DNA of 63,955 bases, filler included, from Octopus bimaculoides (Eukaryota), in NCBI RefSeq assembly GCF_001194135.2. It is 7 parts of 7 records of this genome, joined end to end, with 100 filler letters (N's around TTAATTAATTAA, not from the genome) between each part and the next. Parts side by side here need not be neighbours in the genome. Positions count along the whole stretch, not along the records: positions 1 to 25,425 come from NC_068990.1; positions 25,526 to 51,031 come from NC_068999.1; 5 more parts are not named here. The stretch is one strand, 5' to 3'. The stretch's first letter is position 1; each line of letters opens with the position of its first letter. The position numbers and the translations under genes are program-made. Under the pieces are notes generated by a model that ran no database searches, was not told where the DNA came from, and saw only the letters and a program-made list of their open reading frames with translations. Of this stretch, positions 23,162 through 37,812 are shown piece by piece.

Positions 23162-24949
23162 TATCATGTGTATGTGTAAATGTATGTATCTATGTGTGTA
23201 TGTACATATCTGTATATATTTGTCTATGCATACACACACATATATATGCAGATACGCACATATTCACACAGACGCACACGCACACAGGCAAACACGCATA
23301 CACAAACACACACGTTCACGCATACAAATAGATATATGCGTATAATATATATGGATATGTATGTAAGAATGTTTCGATACGTATACGCGCGCGCACACGC
23401 ACGCACACAAATACATATCTATATACACACACACGTGCATATATATATATATAATCTGAGATAAGTATTAATCTGAGATAAACATTAATCCAGTAAAGAA
23501 TCCAACAAGGATGGTATTAACATACATTTAACTAGTTCAAGAAACAAGAAATAAACTGATTAAAGCAAGCTACAAACTATGTGACTCGAGTAATAATTAC
23601 ACTAACCTTCACTAATGAGTTATTATAAGAGCGAATCATGTCATAATTTTCAGCTTAATGCCCAAAGTGTGAGCTTTCTTTTCACTAGATTTAAATTTTG
23701 ACTACATTTTAAAACAATGAAATTTGAAGGTTATCTTGTCTGTCACTCTAAGACAGAAGTGGACATTTATAAAATGATCAACGCTAATCACAATAGCCGC
23801 AATATTAATTACTGTGATTCTTGAGTTACTGTATGGAGCGCGTTAGTACCTCCTTTATTACGCATATACGTTTGTGTCTACGTGTATATCTATCTATCCA
23901 TCTATCTATCTATCTATCTATCTATCTATGTATCTATCTATCTATCTATCTATCTCTCTCTCTCTCTCTCTCTATATNNNNNNNNNNNNNNNNNNNNNNN
24001 NNNNNNNNNNNNNNNNNNNNNNNNNNNNNNNNNNNNNNNNNNNNNNNNNNNNNNNNNNNNNNNNNNNNNNNNNNNNNNNNNNNNNNNNNNNNNNNNNNNN
24101 NNNNNNNNNNNNNNNNNNNNNNNNNNNNNNNNNNNNNNNNNNNNNNNNNNNNNNNNNNNNNNNNNNNNNNNNNNNNNNNNNNNNNNNNNNNNNNNNNNNN
24201 NNNNNNNNNNNNNNNNNNNNNNNNNNNNNNNNNNNNNNNNNNNNNNNNNNNNNNNNNNNNNNNNNNNNNNNNNNNNNNNNNNNNNNNNNNNNNNNNNNNN
24301 NNNNNNNNNNNNNNNNNNNNNNNNNNNNNNNNNNNNNNNNNNNNNNNNNNNNNNNNNNNNNNNNNNNNNNNNNNNNNNNNNNNNNNNNNNNNNNNNNNNN
24401 NNNNNNNNNNNNNNNNNNNNNNNNNNNNNNNNNNNNNNNNNNNNNNNNNNNNNNNNNNNNNNNNNNNNNNNNNNNNNNNNNNNNNNNNNNNNNNNNNNNN
24501 NNNNNNNNNNNNNNNNNNNNNNNNNNNNNNNNNNNNNNNNNNNNNNNNNNNNNNNNNNNNNNNNNNNNNNNNNNNNNNNNNNNNNNNNNNNNNNNNNNNN
24601 NNNNNNNNNNNNNNNNNNNNNNNNNNNNNNNNNNNNNNNNNNNNNNNNNNNNNNNNNNNNNNNNNNNNNNNNNNNNNNNNNNNNNNNNNNNNNNNNNNNN
24701 NNNNNNNNNNNNNNNNNNNNNNNNNNNNNNNNNNNNNNNNNNNNNNNNNNNNNNNNNNNNNNNNNNNNNNNNNNNNNNNNNNNNNNNNNNNNNNNNNNNN
24801 NNNNNNNNNNNNNNNNNNNNNNNNNNNNNNNNNNNNNNNNNNNNNNNNNNNNNNNNNNNNNNNNNNNNNNNNNNNNNNNNNNNNNNNNNNNNNNNNNNNN
24901 NNNNNNNNNNNNNNNNNNNNNNNNNNNNNNNNNNNNNNNNNNNNNNNNA

Positions 24950-25120
24950 ACACCTCCGAGACATCAACGTTTGCAATGACACCCCGGTGTCACGCCATTT
25001 CCGCTCTACCGGTCACTCCTTGCAGCAACACCTGTCCGTGTTTGGGTTGTCCTTGCACAGGGGCCAACCGGACTCTCGTTTGCGCCGTGAACAGGGATTA
25101 ATCTTCTCTCTTCGCGCCAT
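24950..25120 (+). mobile_element. Penelope-like GIY-YIG C-terminus followed by a CT-rich tract (to 25425)
   Basis: HLRDINVCNDTPVSRHFRSTGHSLQQHLSVFGLSLHRGQPDSRLRREQGLIFSL matches the HLR.I......PVA.HF...GH...........R...E...IF.L pattern. Confidence 0.85.
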
Positions 25121-25425
25121 ATGGGCTCAACTCCCCTCCCCTTGTCATCTAACCCACTCCCCTTGCCTCTCTCCCCCTCCGCCTTCCCTCCTACATCCTG
25201 CCATCCACCTCTCCTCTCCTGCTCCGACTCCTACTTCTCTTTACTTCTCTTCACCCCTACTCTTTCTCTCCTCTCTCTTACTCTCTCTCTCTCTCTCTTA
25301 CTCTGTTTCTCTCTCTTATTCTGTTTCACTCTCCTCTCTTTCTCCCTCCTCCCATACCCACCTTCCCCTTCTGTTATATCCACCTTCCCCTACTCCCTTC
25401 ATCGTCAACCCTCCCTCATAAGCCC

Positions 25426-25525
25426 NNNNNNNNNNNNNNNNNNNNNNNNNNNNNNNNNNNNNNNNNNNNTTAATTAATTAANNNNNNNNNNNNNNNNNNN
25501 NNNNNNNNNNNNNNNNNNNNNNNNN
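25426..25525. other. Scaffold-join gap: 44 N + TTAATTAATTAA + 44 N (also 51032-51131, 55090-55189, 58367-58466, 60847-60946, 62829-62928)
   Basis: Identical 100-bp layout six times; the 12-mer has stop codons in all six frames. Read as an assembly linker, not biology. Confidence 0.95.
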
Positions 25526-25558
<33 letters not shown>

Positions 25559-28500
25559 TTATATATATATATATGTATGTATATGTGCCTATGCACACAC
25601 ACACATATAAATATGTATACACGAAAAGTAAAAACATACACTTCTTTTATGCTTGCTTATAATGAGTTAAAATATTTTAGATTATCTAACCACCGTAACC
25701 ACTGTCTGATAGCCTTCTGGCATTTCTTGAGGTGACGACGGAAACTTTCTAACACACAGGAAACGCTGAGTTAATGATTATTGGGGGCATGTAAATATTG
25801 AGGTCTATATGGTACGGTAAGTCTCCATTGAGACTCGATGTTCAACTTACTAACTAGCTTTTGAATATCCAGCGACCACACAAGATCTATAACTTGTCTT
25901 GGCTGCAAATCAAACACCGTGTTATAAAGTATTAAAGCGGGTTAAACCTGACTTTAAAACATAGATTAATGTGCTGAAAGACACATGACAAACATGCCAA
26001 TTTATGAGACACAGAAACAAAAATTAGTGATTTACATAAAATATAGCAGATGCAGCAGTGTTTATCTGCTCTACGACATATGTCTTATCTAAACTTTGAA
26101 CTGTACTACTACAGTTTATAATGTCCTAGACTATTTTAACATAACACTATAGATTTTTCGTCTTCTGTATTATATTTTATAGAATTAAATGCCAATAAGC
26201 AGATATTATTTCCTATTAGATATTTTGGTTAGTCTTATGTGTAACAATGATTGTGCATTTGAGATGAAGTAACAATCTGATAACTGCATAAGACATTACA
26301 TCAATATATGAACTGTAAACCCAAAGCGTCTCTGCCGCAGACATGTGAATATGCACATACACACATACACTCATATGGATGTATATATATNNNNNNNNNN
26401 NNNNNNNNNNNNNNNNNNNNNNNNNNNNNNNNNNNNNNNNNNNNNNNNNNNNNNNNNNNNNNNNNNNNNNNNNNNNNNNNNNNNNNNNNNNNNNNNNNNN
26501 NNNNNNNNNNNNNNNNNNNNNNNNNNNNNNNNNNNNNNNNNNNNNNNNNNNNNNNNNNNNNNNNNNNNNNNNNNNNNNNNNNNNNNNNNNNNNNNNNNNN
26601 NNNNNNNNNNNNNNNNNNNNNNNNNNNNNNNNNNNNNNNNNNNNNNNNNNNNNNNNNNNNNNNNNNNNNNNNNNNNNNNNNNNNNNNNNNNNNNNNNNNN
26701 NNNNNNNNNNNNNNNNNNNNNNNNNNNNNNNNNNNNNNNNNNNNNNNNNNNNNNNNNNNNNNNNNNNNNNNNNNNNNNNNNNNNNNNNNNNNNNNNNNNN
26801 NNNNNNNNNNNNNNNNNNNNNNNNNNNNNNNNNNNNNNNNNNNNNNNNNNNNNNNNNNNNNNNNNNNNNNNNNNNNNNNNNNNNNNNNNNNNNNNNNNNN
26901 NNNNNNNNNNNNNNNNNNNNNNNNNNNNNNNNNNNNNNNNNNNNNNNNNNNNNNNNNNNNNNNNNNNNNNNNNNNNNNNNNNNNNNNNNNNNNNNNNNNN
27001 NNNNNNNNNNNNNNNNNNNNNNNNNNNNNNNNNNNNNNNNNNNNNNNNNNNNNNNNNNNNNNNNNNNNNNNNNNNNNNNNNNNNNNNNNNNNNNNNNNNN
27101 NNNNNNNNNNNNNNNNNNNNNNNNNNNNNNNNNNNNNNNNNNNNNNNNNNNNNNNNNNNNNNNNNNNNNNNNNNNNNNNNNNNNNNNNNNNNNNNNNNNN
27201 NNNNNNNNGCATATGTATGGATCTATTATTATTATCTACATACCTAAATACCCACATAATATGCACACACATACTCACACATACAAACACATGTACGCAC
27301 ACGCATAGGTGGTGCACCTATTTGAACACTCAGGAATTCCTACTAGTTTGCGTCACACCGATGAAAGCCCCTCCTATCCGTTATATATACGTATATATAT
27401 ACATACATTTACATATTATGTATCTCTATTATTATTATTATCGACAAATCTAATTACACACATACATGCACACACATACACAAACACACACACTCACACG
27501 AACATAATTTTAAATGCATAGCTGTGTGTGTGCCTGCGCGTGTGTGTCCGTGACTTTGTGTGTGCCTATGTGTGTGTATATGTGTGTATGTGTGTGTGTG
27601 TGTCTGTGTCTGTGTGTCTGTGTTTGCGTATAGCATACACGCAGCAATTAGGTAATAAGATAATATCACAGGTCAAGCAAATAAACAATGTTTACGTGCC
27701 CCTGCATGAAATCTTTCTGTTTTCATTTTGGCTGGAGATATGATCTCAGGTCATATATCGAAACTGAATCTGTTACAACACCGAAGCTTCGCTCCAGTCA
27801 ATAACATTGAAACCCACATATACCGTTACATCAATATTTCTTTTATCTCATTAATATTTTGTATTCTTACCATAACATATCAAGAGATAATGCTCTCCAT
27901 TCGAAAAGACTATTTCTCCTGCAATTAATTCTCAGCAAAATGTAGGCTTGCAATTATTAATGACTCAGTGTCTCATAGCGATCACACCTACCGATGTTTT
28001 ATATACAGTAAACCTACAAACGAAATATGACTTCAATAGATCGGTAAACAGATATTCTAAAGCTGAGTTCCAGGGAAGTTTGTCGATGCAAATGGTGTCA
28101 TAGGAGTCGTTGGAAAACAAGACGATAACTTTTGATTTAAAAGTAATTTTATGTATATCTACATTAAATTTGCCATGTCAAGAATGAATACATTCTACTA
28201 TTGAAAAAAACTTGATATGAAGATTTTTATANNNNNNNNNNNNNNNNNNNNNNNNNNNNNNNNNNNNNNNNNNNNNNNNNTATATATGTATGTATGTATG
28301 TATGTATATATATAGTGTTTGGAACGTTGTGACTAAAGGGAGACAACACTAATAGACACTAATAGTGTCTAAATATTATATTTAAAAAACCTTTAGATTG
28401 AAAACTTCTAATATTGCTTGCACCGCTCCAACCGTTTGAAAGGTGTTATTTCATGTTCTCGCTAAGTTTCTATATTCTCATGACGTGTTAGTATTAGTAT

Positions 28501-29848
28501 ATGAGTATGTGCGTCGCTCGCAAAGAGCTTTGGGTACGTTTATGATTAATTTTAATTTTAATTTTAACGTGGAATGATGCTAATAAAATTTGAATTATAC
28601 CATTAAATTTTCAGAAAGTTATTTAATAAGTAAAATATTTCTGATTGTTTTTTTATTCGCTTTAGAAAACTTGCACCTTACTGACATTTCAGGATCGATA
28701 TAGTAATAAAAAATATATTTCATGTATTTTAATTAAAAACATGAAAACTTGTGAAAAATTAAATCATCTTTAAAACACAATAATACTAAATATCTCTCCA
28801 ATATTTTATCACATGTTTTATGAACAATTTTCATCGATTATATTTTTTTCTATTTTTCTTATGAATCGTACAGAGTGAAATTTAACGTAAACACTGTGTG
28901 AAGACATTAATAAACTGCAGCAAGTTCGATAAATAACTACAATTAAATTGTGCAGAATTTTTCATAAACGAGATTTTATGTCGTTGTAACTAAAATTCAT
29001 GTTGTTTTTGTTGGATATATTTGTAACATTTGATTGTACGGGAAATGTTTCTGATAAAGAAGGGCAATATAGCATAAGTTATTAAATAAACGTTTCTTCT
29101 TTGATAGTAAAGCTATATTTTACTGTCAGTCATGCTCCAGGATTTAATTGTTGGAAAAAATTAAACCGGTATGCAGTTGATTTTTATGAGACACATACAT
29201 GAAGAAGTATCACGCCTTCATGATAAACCCACGAACAATCTATCAACAGTTCTTTCAGTGAAAGCATGTTAGAGAATAGCACAGTACATTCAAAGTATAC
29301 ATGTTAATCCGGAGTCAAATGAGAGTCTACAAGAACAATAGGCTCGGTGTTAGATAAGGCTTTCAAAATGATATTTTCAGATCATTTCTTATTCATTTGA
29401 ACCTTGCTTTCCAGAGAAATTCCATTTCATGTGCTATTCGAAGCCATTGTTTAACAGAATATACTATCTACGTAAGTATTTTTCGTATTCTTTCATCATA
29501 TTCGTGACGGAAAATATACAGTGATGACATGACTGGATAGGTAAGTAACAAAAGTTAAACGAGATTTGCGTAATAAACCCAGTTGACACATGTGTGTCTC
29601 AGAGCCATAAACGGATTACGTAGGCAATAATCACGTAGACATGCATATATGTATGCGTGTATATGCATGTGTGCCTCTGTGTGTGTGTGCTTCGATTGGT
29701 GTATCTGTGTGCGGGGATACGTTTCTTTGTGCGTTCATGTGTATGCGTGTGCGTGGGTACATAATTATAAATATGGATAGAGAGACACATGGACACATAG
29801 GCAGATATATAGACATGTAGACATACATACAGATAGGCAGATAGACAT

Positions 29849-29902
<54 letters not shown>

Positions 29903-30990
29903 GGATAGATAGATAGATAGATAGATGACGGAGAGTGAGGGGTGAACAGCTGTGAGAATGGATAGATGGAGACACTGATATGGAAGAAAGAGATGCGATG
30001 AGTCCAATATTTATTCGAATTGAATAAGATCCTTTGTTCAGGGAACATATTTTGCTAACACCAAGTTCAGTATTATATAAATCCTTATATAATGCAACTC
30101 GGTTGTCAGTCACATTGTCAGCCATGTTATATTTCATGACCTCTTACTTCCTATGCTACAAGGCAACAATATATTTAAGCTGTATCAGTTAACATACTTG
30201 GTGCTCGCACACACATACATACATAAATATATTCCCACTCGCATACACACATATATATATTTATATATANNNNNNNNNNNNNNNNNNNNNNNNNNNNNNN
30301 NNNNNNNNNNNNNNNNNNNNNNNNNNNNNNNNNNNNNNNNNNNNNNNNNNNNNNNNNNNNNNNNNNNNNNNNNNNNNNNNNNNNNNNNNNNNNNNNNNNN
30401 NNNNNNNNNNNNNNNNNNNNNNNNNNNNNNNNNNNNNNNNNNNNNNNNNNNNNNNNNNNNNNNNNNNNNNNNNNNNNNNNNNNNNNNNNNNNNNNNNNNN
30501 NNNNNNNNNNNNNNNNNNNNNNNNNNNNNNNNNNNNNNNNNNNNNNNNNNNNNNNNNNNNNNNNNNNNNNNNNNNNNNNNNNNNNNNNNNNNNNNNNNNN
30601 NNNNNNNNNNNNNNNNNNNNNNNNNNNNNNNNNNNNNNNNNNNNNNNNNNNNNNNNNNNNNNNNNNNNNNNNNNNNNNNNNNNNNNNNNNNNNNNNNNNN
30701 NNNNNNNNNNNNNNNNNNNNNNNNNNNNNNNNNNNNNNNNNNNNNNNNNNNNNNNNNNNNNNNNNNNNNNNNNNNNNNNNNNNNNNNNNNNNNNNNNNNN
30801 NNNNNNNNNNNNNNNNNNNNNNNNNNNNNNNNNNNNNNNNNNNNNNNNNNNNNNNNNNNNNNNNNNNNNNNNNNNNNNNNNNNNNNNNNNNNNNNNNNNN
30901 NNNNNNNNNNNNNNNNNNNNNNNNNNNNNNNNNNNNNNNNNNNNNNNNNNNNNNNNNNNNNNNNNNNNNNTATATATATGTATATATATA

Positions 30991-31580
30991 CGTGTTCTGT
31001 ATTTTTCCATGAATAAATTTCGTTTATTTAAACGTTCTTGTACAGAAATTGTTTCTTTGCTCTGGTAGATGGGGAAAACTGTGAAGTTTGGTTGGATATT
31101 GCCTGCACATCTCTCTATGTATTCACTCAATTGAACTTTCTGAAAACACATACAATCATGAAGCGCAAAAAGAAACGCAAGTCGCTGAAAAGACGTCTAA
31201 GAAATGGGAAACTTTACACAACAACCAAGAAAACTACGATTAAATAAGGAGAGAAGTTGACAATTAAAACCAACTTCACTTGTGTTTCCGAGAATCTATT
31301 TTATATTATAACTTGTTCAGATTGTGGTCATAACTATATAGGACAGACACGTAAAACACTGAGACGTAGAAACACACTTCATGAGGAACAGATCCGTTTC
31401 CACAGTACAGACAGATTCCTTTGAGTGAACACATAGATAGATGTGCAGGTAATATCCAACCAAACTTCACAGTTTTCCTTATCTACCAGTGCAAAGGAAC
31501 AGTTTCTGTACAAGAGCGTTGAAATAAAGAAAATGTAATCACCCAAAAATACAGAACACGCGTAAATATGAATGCATAAC
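30991..31580 (+). mobile_element. Penelope-like GIY-YIG domain with an inverted copy of its own 3' end upstream
   Basis: TNFTCVSENLFYIITCSDCGHNYIGQTRKTLRRRNTLHEEQIR..QYRQIPLSEHIDRCAGNIQPNFTVF on +. 30991-31130 is the reverse complement of 31421-31560. Confidence 0.9.
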
Positions 31581-33582
31581 CAACTTTGGTTTCAGTATAT
31601 ATTTTAATTTCTAAGCACATACCCATAACTGTAAATATTCCATCTCACTACTTTAGCTTATATATATATATATATNNNNNNNNNNNNNNNNNNNNNNNNN
31701 NNNNNNNNNNNNNNNNNNNNNNNNNNNNNNNNNNNNNNNNNNNNNNNNNNNNNNNNNNNNNNNNNNNNNNNNNNNNNNNNNNNNNNNNNNNNNNNNNNNN
31801 NNNNNNNNNNNNNNNNNNNNNNNNNNNNNNNNNNNNNNNNNNNNNNNNNNNNNNNNNNNNNNNNNNNNNNNNNNNNNNNNNNNNNNNNNNNNNNNNNNNN
31901 NNNNNNNNNNNNNNNNNNNNNNNNNNNNNNNNNNNNNNNNNNNNNNNNNNNNNNNNNNNNNNNNNNNNNNNNATATATATGTATGTATGTATGTATGTAT
32001 ATTTTTATATATGTATATATATTAATATATATATGTATATATATTAATATATATGTATATATATACATGCATATATATACATACAAACATGTACATGCGT
32101 ACAAACATACATGCGTTTAATAGTTTCCTTGTATGTTTGCAATTCTATGTCTGTGTATCATTTTCTGCGTGTAAATATATGTAGGCAAATTAGAACCCCG
32201 AGTATAATGGACGCGGTTTTTCAGTTATGTATATTCCTCTATTACTTCAAATACCTTCGAGAAAAATAGTCTTATTTACAGCATAAGCTCCAATTTGGTG
32301 CAACAGACCAATGAAAGATTTATAACATAGAACGTGTTCTATATACGTAGTATTTAACTACAAAACACCATGTGGGATGTTTTATGAATAAAATATCTTT
32401 GAATTTAACAGAGATAACAGCAAATAGTATGAATGAGTACACTAGTGATATCACCTAACCATTATATATAAATATGTGTGTGTATGTGTGTATGTAATGA
32501 ATATACAAAATGCAATATAAATATGAGTATGTTTATATAACCAAATTTACCTCGAACTGAAGGATAAACCGGTAGAATATTGTGTAAAAATGTATAATAA
32601 ATGCAAATAATTCTACAATATATGTCCACCCAATTGTTTATTAACTATTTTGTTTCACATAGAGGGACATATATTCTAAAGAATCGGAGCGCATTGCTTT
32701 ATAAATAAATATTAACATATACGTAAATGCCCACGCGTCCAAACATACAAGAATTATTCAACATCACACGTATAACTGCACGTANNNNNNNNNNTATACA
32801 TCTATATGCATATGTGTATATAAATGAATGTATATTTATATTTATATTTATAAATTTATATATATTTACGTATTTACATATGTATTTACCTATATAAATA
32901 CACATACGCGTATGCGTATACATATGTATGATATCAGATATTGAATATATATGAATGAATAAATATACAATAAACTCTTACTTACACAAATGTTCTTTGA
33001 AGTGTAGTGTTTGCTATATACTGAACTGATATTAAACGTAAATAAATTTCCTCTGTAGTAAAAATATCTAATTCTACGATAAACATATTAAACCACCTGA
33101 ATATAAAACACAAAGCGGTATTTTTTCCCCAAGATATTGTTACATCGTACGGTATAGAGTGAGAACACTGAAAGCATTTCATTCTTTAGCTATACTAAAC
33201 AGTATTAATATTGTTTTTATTCCTCTTATTATTATGTTTCTTATTCGTATTAATATTATTGTTATTTTTCGACACTTTTACGGTGTATTAGTGTTACTTT
33301 TAGATTTAAATGTTTGTACGTAATTGTGTGTTTGTGTATATGTTTTATAAGATATATGTGCCGAAAGGATTACTTATGAGTATGCACGGTTGCATATTCC
33401 TATATATCTATAAATATTATACGATTTCCTTTTTTAAGAAAAAATATAATGTCAGAGATAAACATCGACGTATGTTGATAAAGGATTGTGTGATTATAGA
33501 AGCACAAACACATTCGCATCCATAAAAAAAAAACATCCTTAAAGATACATTCATGTGTGTGCGTCTATATGCATATATATAT

Positions 33583-33620
<38 letters not shown>

Positions 33621-33853
33621 CTTTCAAAATGTGTGTACTTCGTTCAAATGTTATTTTATTCCATACTTTGCCCAGATTTTGTAAACTCGACTATTTATTT
33701 CTTCAGTAATCAAATGTATATGTATTTGTTTATGTAAGAGTATGTATGTGTGTATATGTGTGTGTATATGTGCGTTTGTGCGTGCGAGTGGGTGTGAGAC
33801 TATTGGCGTACGTATGTATGCATGATATATATGTCTGTGCATGTAAGTATTTA

Positions 33854-33896
<43 letters not shown>

Positions 33897-34418
33897 NNNN
33901 NNNNNNNNNNNNNNNNNNNNNNNNNNNNNNNNNNNNNNNNNNNNNNNNNNNNNNNNNNNNNNNNNNNNNNNNNNNNNNNNNNNNNNNNNNNNNNNNNNNN
34001 NNNNNNNNNNNNNNNNNNNNNNNNNNNNNNNNNNNNNNNNNNNNNNNNNNNNNNNNNNNNNNNNNNNNNNNNNNNNNNNNNNNNNNNNNNNNNNNNNNNN
34101 NNNNNNNNNNNNNNNNNNNNNNNNNNNNNNNNNNNNNNNNNNNNNNNNNNNNNNNNNNNNNNNNNNNNNNNNNNNNNNNNNNNNNNNNNNNNNNNNNNNN
34201 NNNNNNNNNNNNNNNNNNNNNNNNNNNNNNNNNNNNNNNNNNNNNNNNNNNNNNNNNNNNNNNNNNNNNNNNNNNNNNNNNNNNNNNNNNNNNNNNNNNN
34301 NNNNNNNNNNNNNNNNNNNNNNNNNNNNNNNNNNNNNNNNNNNNNNNNNNNNNNNNNNNNNNNNNNNNNNNNNNNNNNNNNNNNNNNNNNNNNNNNNNNN
34401 NNNNNNNNNNNNNNNNNN

Positions 34419-34455
<37 letters not shown>

Positions 34456-35366
34456 CATATACTATTTACTAAAACCGAAAAAATTTTCGCAAGCTTTTAA
34501 TCGGTGTTTCACGTAAATGTTCGTCGGACATTTGTGATCATACTTTTCGACGAATTGTAATATGGATCACTATGTAACAGTTTGTGGAGATTTTTGCATC
34601 TTTAATAACAAAAAAACATATTACCTTGGTTTTTTTAGTATTATTTTGTCCACCTTGTTTTGCATTTCTGTGCCTACTTACGTCCTTACACACACACAAC
34701 ACAACACAGCACACATATATATTAATCTATACAGCATTCATTGATTTCCAAATATATGGTATGCCAAGCAGATGGTTACATCAAATGATCTTTGTATATT
34801 GTGCGCCTGGCAATACTTGCTTCTCAGTGACCGGAGGTTATGTTATATAACTGATCATTTTATATCCGTATAGGTATTCTATCATCGCTTTGTCCAAAAA
34901 TTGGGAACGATGTCAATTCGATCATGAAACTATTCGTAAATGCTACATGTTTCTATGCGCTTTCCTACGAGCATAACGTATATATAAGCCATTGAGTATA
35001 GACAAAGCTCTGCTGGAAAGAGACTTTCGTGAAAAAATTAAAAATGTATATGATGGGAAGATATGTGCATGCGAGGAAGATATTATGTGGGTGGGGTAGA
35101 ATCAAGAAGGTGGATACGTTTAATGATAGGAGAGAGAAAGGGAAGGAGAGTGAACGAAAACGATAAGAAGATGAAAGTGACGTAGAGGACGGGGAAAAGG
35201 AGATGAGAAGAGGAATAAGGAGGCGAAGGAGAAGAATCGTGTGTGTGTGTCTGTGTGTGTGTGTGTGTATCCACAAACGTACCAATAACAAAGTCTGGAA
35301 TTCTGTCCACTCTCTAATTAAATTACCACTAACGTGTGTGCGAATATATTTGCAGGTGTATATGTG

Positions 35367-35397
<31 letters not shown>

Positions 35398-36404
35398 NNN
35401 NNNNNNNNNNNNNNNNNNNNNNNNNNNNNNNNNNNNNNNNNNNNNNNNNNNNNNNNNNNNNNNNNNNNNNNNNNNNNNNNNNNNNNNNNNNNNNNNNNNN
35501 NNNNNNNNNNNNNNNNNNNNNNNNNNNNNNNNNNNNNNNNNNNNNNNNNNNNNNNNNNNNNNNNNNNNNNNNNNNNNNNNNNNNNNNNNNNNNNNNNNNN
35601 NNNNNNNNNNNNNNNNNNNNNNNNNNNNNNNNNNNNNNNNNNNNNNNNNNNNNNNNNNNNNNNNNNNNNNNNNNNNNNNNNNNNNNNNNNNNNNNNNNNN
35701 NNNNNNNNNNNNNNNNNNNNNNNNNNNNNNNNNNNNNNNNNNNNNNNNNNNNNNNNNNNNNNNNNNNNNNNNNNNNNNNNNNNNNNNNNNNNNNNNNNNN
35801 NNNNNNNNNNNNNNNNNNNNNNNNNNNNNNNNNNNNNNNNNNNNNNNNNNNNNNNNNNNNNNNNNNNNNNNNNNNNNNNNNNNNNNNNNNNNNNNNNNNN
35901 NNNNNNNNNNNNNNNNNNNNNNNNNNNNNNNNNNNNNNNNNNNNNNNNNNNNNNNNNNNNNNNNNNNNNNNNNNNNNNNNNNNNNNNNNNNNNNNNNNNN
36001 NNNNNNNNNNNNNNNNNNNNNNNNNNNNNNNNNNNNNNNNNNNNNNNNNNNNNNNNNNNNNNNNNNNNNNNNNNNNNNNNNNNNNNNNNNNNNNNNNNNN
36101 NNNNNNNNNNNNNNNNNNNNNNNNNNNNNNNNNNNNNNNNNNNNNNNNNNNNNNNNNNNNNNNNNNNNNNNNNNNNNNNNNNNNNNNNNNNNNNNNNNNN
36201 NNNNNNNNNNNNNNNNNNNNNNNNNNNNNNNNNNNNNNNNNNNNNNNNNNNNNNNNNNNNNNNNNNNNNNNNNNNNNNNNNNNNNNNNNNNNNNNNNNNN
36301 NNNNNNNNNNNNNNNNNNNTATATATATATATATATATATGCATGTATGCATGTATGTATGTATGTATGTTTGTTTGTATATTCTTTTATTCTTTTATTT
36401 GCTG

Positions 36405-36652
36405 GACCGCCGCTTTTAGTCGAAGAAATCGACCTCAGGACTTATTCTTTGTAAGCCTAGTACTTACTCTATTTAGTCGAACTTCTAAGTTACGTTGGCG
36501 TAAACACACCAGGGTGAGTTGTCAAGCGGAGGGACAAACACAGACATACAAACATACACACACACACGCTCACACACACAGACACACACAACTGAACCCG
36601 GATCCATGTTGTTGGAAAGCAAGCTACTTACCAGACAGCCACACCTACGCAT
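36405..36652 (-). mobile_element. tRNA-derived SINE family B, internally deleted
   Basis: Head GCGTAGGTGTGGCTGTCTGGTAAGTAGCTTGCTTTCC...GGTTCAGT and 3' body GTACTAGGCTTACAAAGAATAAGTCCTGAGGTCG match the 63543 copy. Confidence 0.85.
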
Positions 36653-37812
36653 AACATATACATACTCATAGTTTGCTAGCTAGATCTACCGACTAATATA
36701 TATAAGTTCTGATTGGTTTTTAAATATTTACAGAAAATTGGGAAAAGCATTGTCCTAAAGAGGTTTGCGACGAATATACCGTCAGTCATGGTGTACAGCT
36801 AGTAATATAGATGAGTATGTGTGTGTGTATGTGCATGTGTGCGTGTGAGTGTCTGTTTGTGGGTGCGTGATAGTGAGTGTATCAATGCATAAATATAGCG
36901 AACACTTTATTATTAGAGAATTTTTAAATCAACTGAAACATAATGATCCTCATAAATGAGAGTTCATCTCTTAAAGCTAAAAACCACTTTGAAAAGACTG
37001 CAATTATAAGTGAATAACAAGCGATATATCTAGATGTACTGATATGGTTACGATCTGAAGTAGCTTTCATATCAAGTGAAATTATCTCCGAAACAATTCG
37101 ATTTTTATATAAATAGTTACAAATTGGCTTTGGAGTGGAGAATAGCTTTGTATAAAATCAGGTTATTTTTCGGTTCTAGAAGCCAACTTTATGAGCCAAT
37201 AATATTTATTACGTTGGGGAACATTTTAGTTTCGATTTTAGCAATAGCCAGATCCTGTGTATATTAATATAAATGGTTCTGGATCTCGCCTGATATTCAA
37301 ATTTCATATTTTTTCTTCTTGTCCAGAATTGTTTTGTAGTATTACCAACGAGAAATCACGTGTACATTAGCGCGTGCACATAGAGAGACATATGTAGATT
37401 CACACGGATATATATGTGTGCATGTGTGCACGCAGATGCGCGTCTTTGTGTGTGTGTATGTGTCCATGCATACATCCGTCCGTCTATCCATGCATCCATC
37501 CACCATAATTTTTTCTACCTGTGTGTGCATATGTGTAACCTATCGCTCGGAACCGGGTTCGCTTTATTTAATTCGCCATTACAATGGAGAAGATACGATA
37601 GAAATATAAGTACTAATGTCGATTTTTTTTTCGACTAAAACACTTCAGGAGATTTCCCAGCGTGACCGGAATCCGTTAATTGAAATAAGTAAAAGGTAAA
37701 CAGCATATATATGTATATATATATACATCACGTGATGTAAGGTACTGAGTCCAGTTGTATATGTCACTCTAAGCTTTTTATGTTTTCTATATTTTTATTC
37801 CTTCCTCTTTAT

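Noticed and set aside
25470-25481. Recurrent TTAATTAATTAA as a biological motif (homeodomain site or PacI site)
   Set aside because: Always centred in exactly 44+44 Ns, so it is an assembly linker.
29950-30137. Start of ORF 29631..30137 (MADNVTDNRVALYKDLYNTEL) as a first exon
   Set aside because: No clear donor site or homology, and the frame runs into (GATA)n; not supportable.
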